Assembly: GCA_951406725.2 (NCBI GenBank)
Contig: OX597816.1
Location: 75,082,001-75,146,000 of the forward strand
DNA length: 64,000 bases
Source: Octopus vulgaris
Taxonomy: Eukaryota
Direction of reading: 5' to 3'
Under the pieces are notes generated by a model. That model saw only the letters and a list, made by a program, of their open reading frames with translations. It had not been told where the DNA came from and did not search any database. Below, piece after piece: positions 62,299 to 64,000 of this stretch. A program made the position numbers and the translations under genes. The stretch's first letter is position 1; each line of letters opens with the position of its first letter.

Positions 62299-64000
62299 TG
62301 TTGCCTTTGTCAGTCTTTTTGAGAAACATTACAACAGACCTACTATATAGGTTTGAATTGTTACCATTCCCAATATCTCATCTTGTTCTTGATGTTAATA
62401 TTAACTGCTGTTCCGCCGAGATCGACTTGCCTCTCATCCTTTTGAGGTTGATGAAATAAGTACCAGTCGAGTTCTGGGGTCGACGTAATCGACCATCCCT
62501 TCCCTCAAAATTCCAGGGCTTGTGCCTATTGCAGAAAGGACTATTGGTTTCAAATTTTGGCACAAGGCCAGCAATTTAGGAGGGTGGGGCTAAGTCAATA
62601 AAGTCTGGAATATTAATTGTTGTTGTATGGCAACAAACTGGCGGAATTGTTTGTCTTCACATTCTGATTTCAAATTACGACGAGATCAACTTTGCCTTTC
62701 ATTTTTCGGAGTCGATAAAATAAATACCAGTTGAGCACTGGGGTCATTGCTGGTCTTGTGCCAAAAATTTTGAAACCAATATTAATTACTGTTGTGAAAA
62801 AAATCACTCACTTGGTTTACTAAATATGCTACGTCTTCATCTTTTATACTAAATACCGATGCCATGTCAACATCAAAGTGCATTTGGTATTTGATGTCTT
62901 TTGCATTCATTACTTCGTTCTATCATAACAGCTAAATGTAAAACAATAATATATGTACTGATGGGGAAGCTTCTATATACGTAGTCTTCTTCCATTGTAA
63001 TTCCATTAACGTCTTGGATACATTATAATAGTATTAACCGACTGGTATTTTATATCAAACCCCCAAAAGGTTGTATTCAAAGTTGATCTTCAAGGATTAC
63101 AATGTGAACATCAAGGGCCATAGCTAAATGTTACAAGGCATTAAGTCCAACGTGATAATTACTGCCAAGATTTGTTCAGAAATAGCAGACAGCTTTTCAG
63201 ATTATACCTTACCGCCATTAGAAAAGGAAGGATACATTTGATAATATAGTCCAAGATACAATAAATAGATTTTAAAAAAAAAGACGGATTATTAGGGGCT
63301 TGAGTGTCTCCTTCAGTCACAGGGTTGTTTGATCAGAGCTGTACTTCAATAACTTCAGGACAATCATTTAAGATTATTGTCCAGCACTTACCCCACTAAA
63401 TTTCCCATTTTCTACCTTAAAACTTATTTTGATCAAACCATATAGAATGAAATGTTTCATATGTGAATTCCTTTTTTAAAAAATAAATAAATACATTATC
63501 ACAAACTCTTATGGATTCAATGTCGACTAAAGTTTATTTTATACAATAGAATGTGCTGCCTTCATATTCTAGTATTAAAATAAACGTTTTTCCTTACCCT
63601 AGAAGGTCCTAACTTCAATCCAAGAAAATCCTAGAGAATATTTAACAGATATGATTGCCAGAAATGCACTGCTAAATCCAGTATTTAGTGATGCAATAGT
63701 GTTAATAATAATTGATTGATAGATACATTTGCATACATTAGTTGTCTGCATATAAGTCATTTAGATTGAGCTCCTTTAAGTGTTTGCATAAAAACCCTAA
63801 TAGCTAAAGGTTAATTTCTGTGTTAATGGAACCAAAAACACACACATATACATATACAGGGCGCATAAGTTATCTGAGGACAGATTTATGTTTATTAAAA
63901 ACAGATATATAATAACTGATAATAAGTTTATTATAAAAAAAATGCTAAGAGGATAAAAATAAACCTCCATTTCTTCAACTTCAATAACTGCTTCTATATG

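Noticed and set aside
63855-64000. TA-CAGGG start suggesting a Tc1/mariner TIR
   Set aside because: Cut off by the window end, so the partner TIR cannot be seen

Overview
AT-rich, repeat-dense eukaryotic genomic DNA. The SINE, RTE and mariner families look like those of a coleoid cephalopod, most likely Octopus (inference from repeat recognition). The main content is one complete minus-strand gene, NCBP1/CBP80 (nuclear cap-binding protein subunit 1). I assembled it by hand from 24 coding exons between 58608 (ATG) and 11945 (TAG): 2367 nt, 788 aa, all intron phases compatible, all introns GT-AG. Intron 13 (34367-38017) has U12-type (minor spliceosome) signals. Introns and flanks contain tRNA-derived SINEs, RTE LINE fragments, Tc1/mariner/pogo relics, MITEs, piggyBac-like MITEs, Helitron pieces and microsatellites. 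The most notable non-coding signals are an apparently intact type I hammerhead ribozyme antisense in intron 16 (27386-27449), inverted SINE pairs near exons 14 and 19/20, an NRF1 palindrome just upstream of the ATG, and weak evidence for a second minus-strand gene at the left end. I found no new multi-gene system. Nearly all other supplied ORFs are repeat or microsatellite artefacts.
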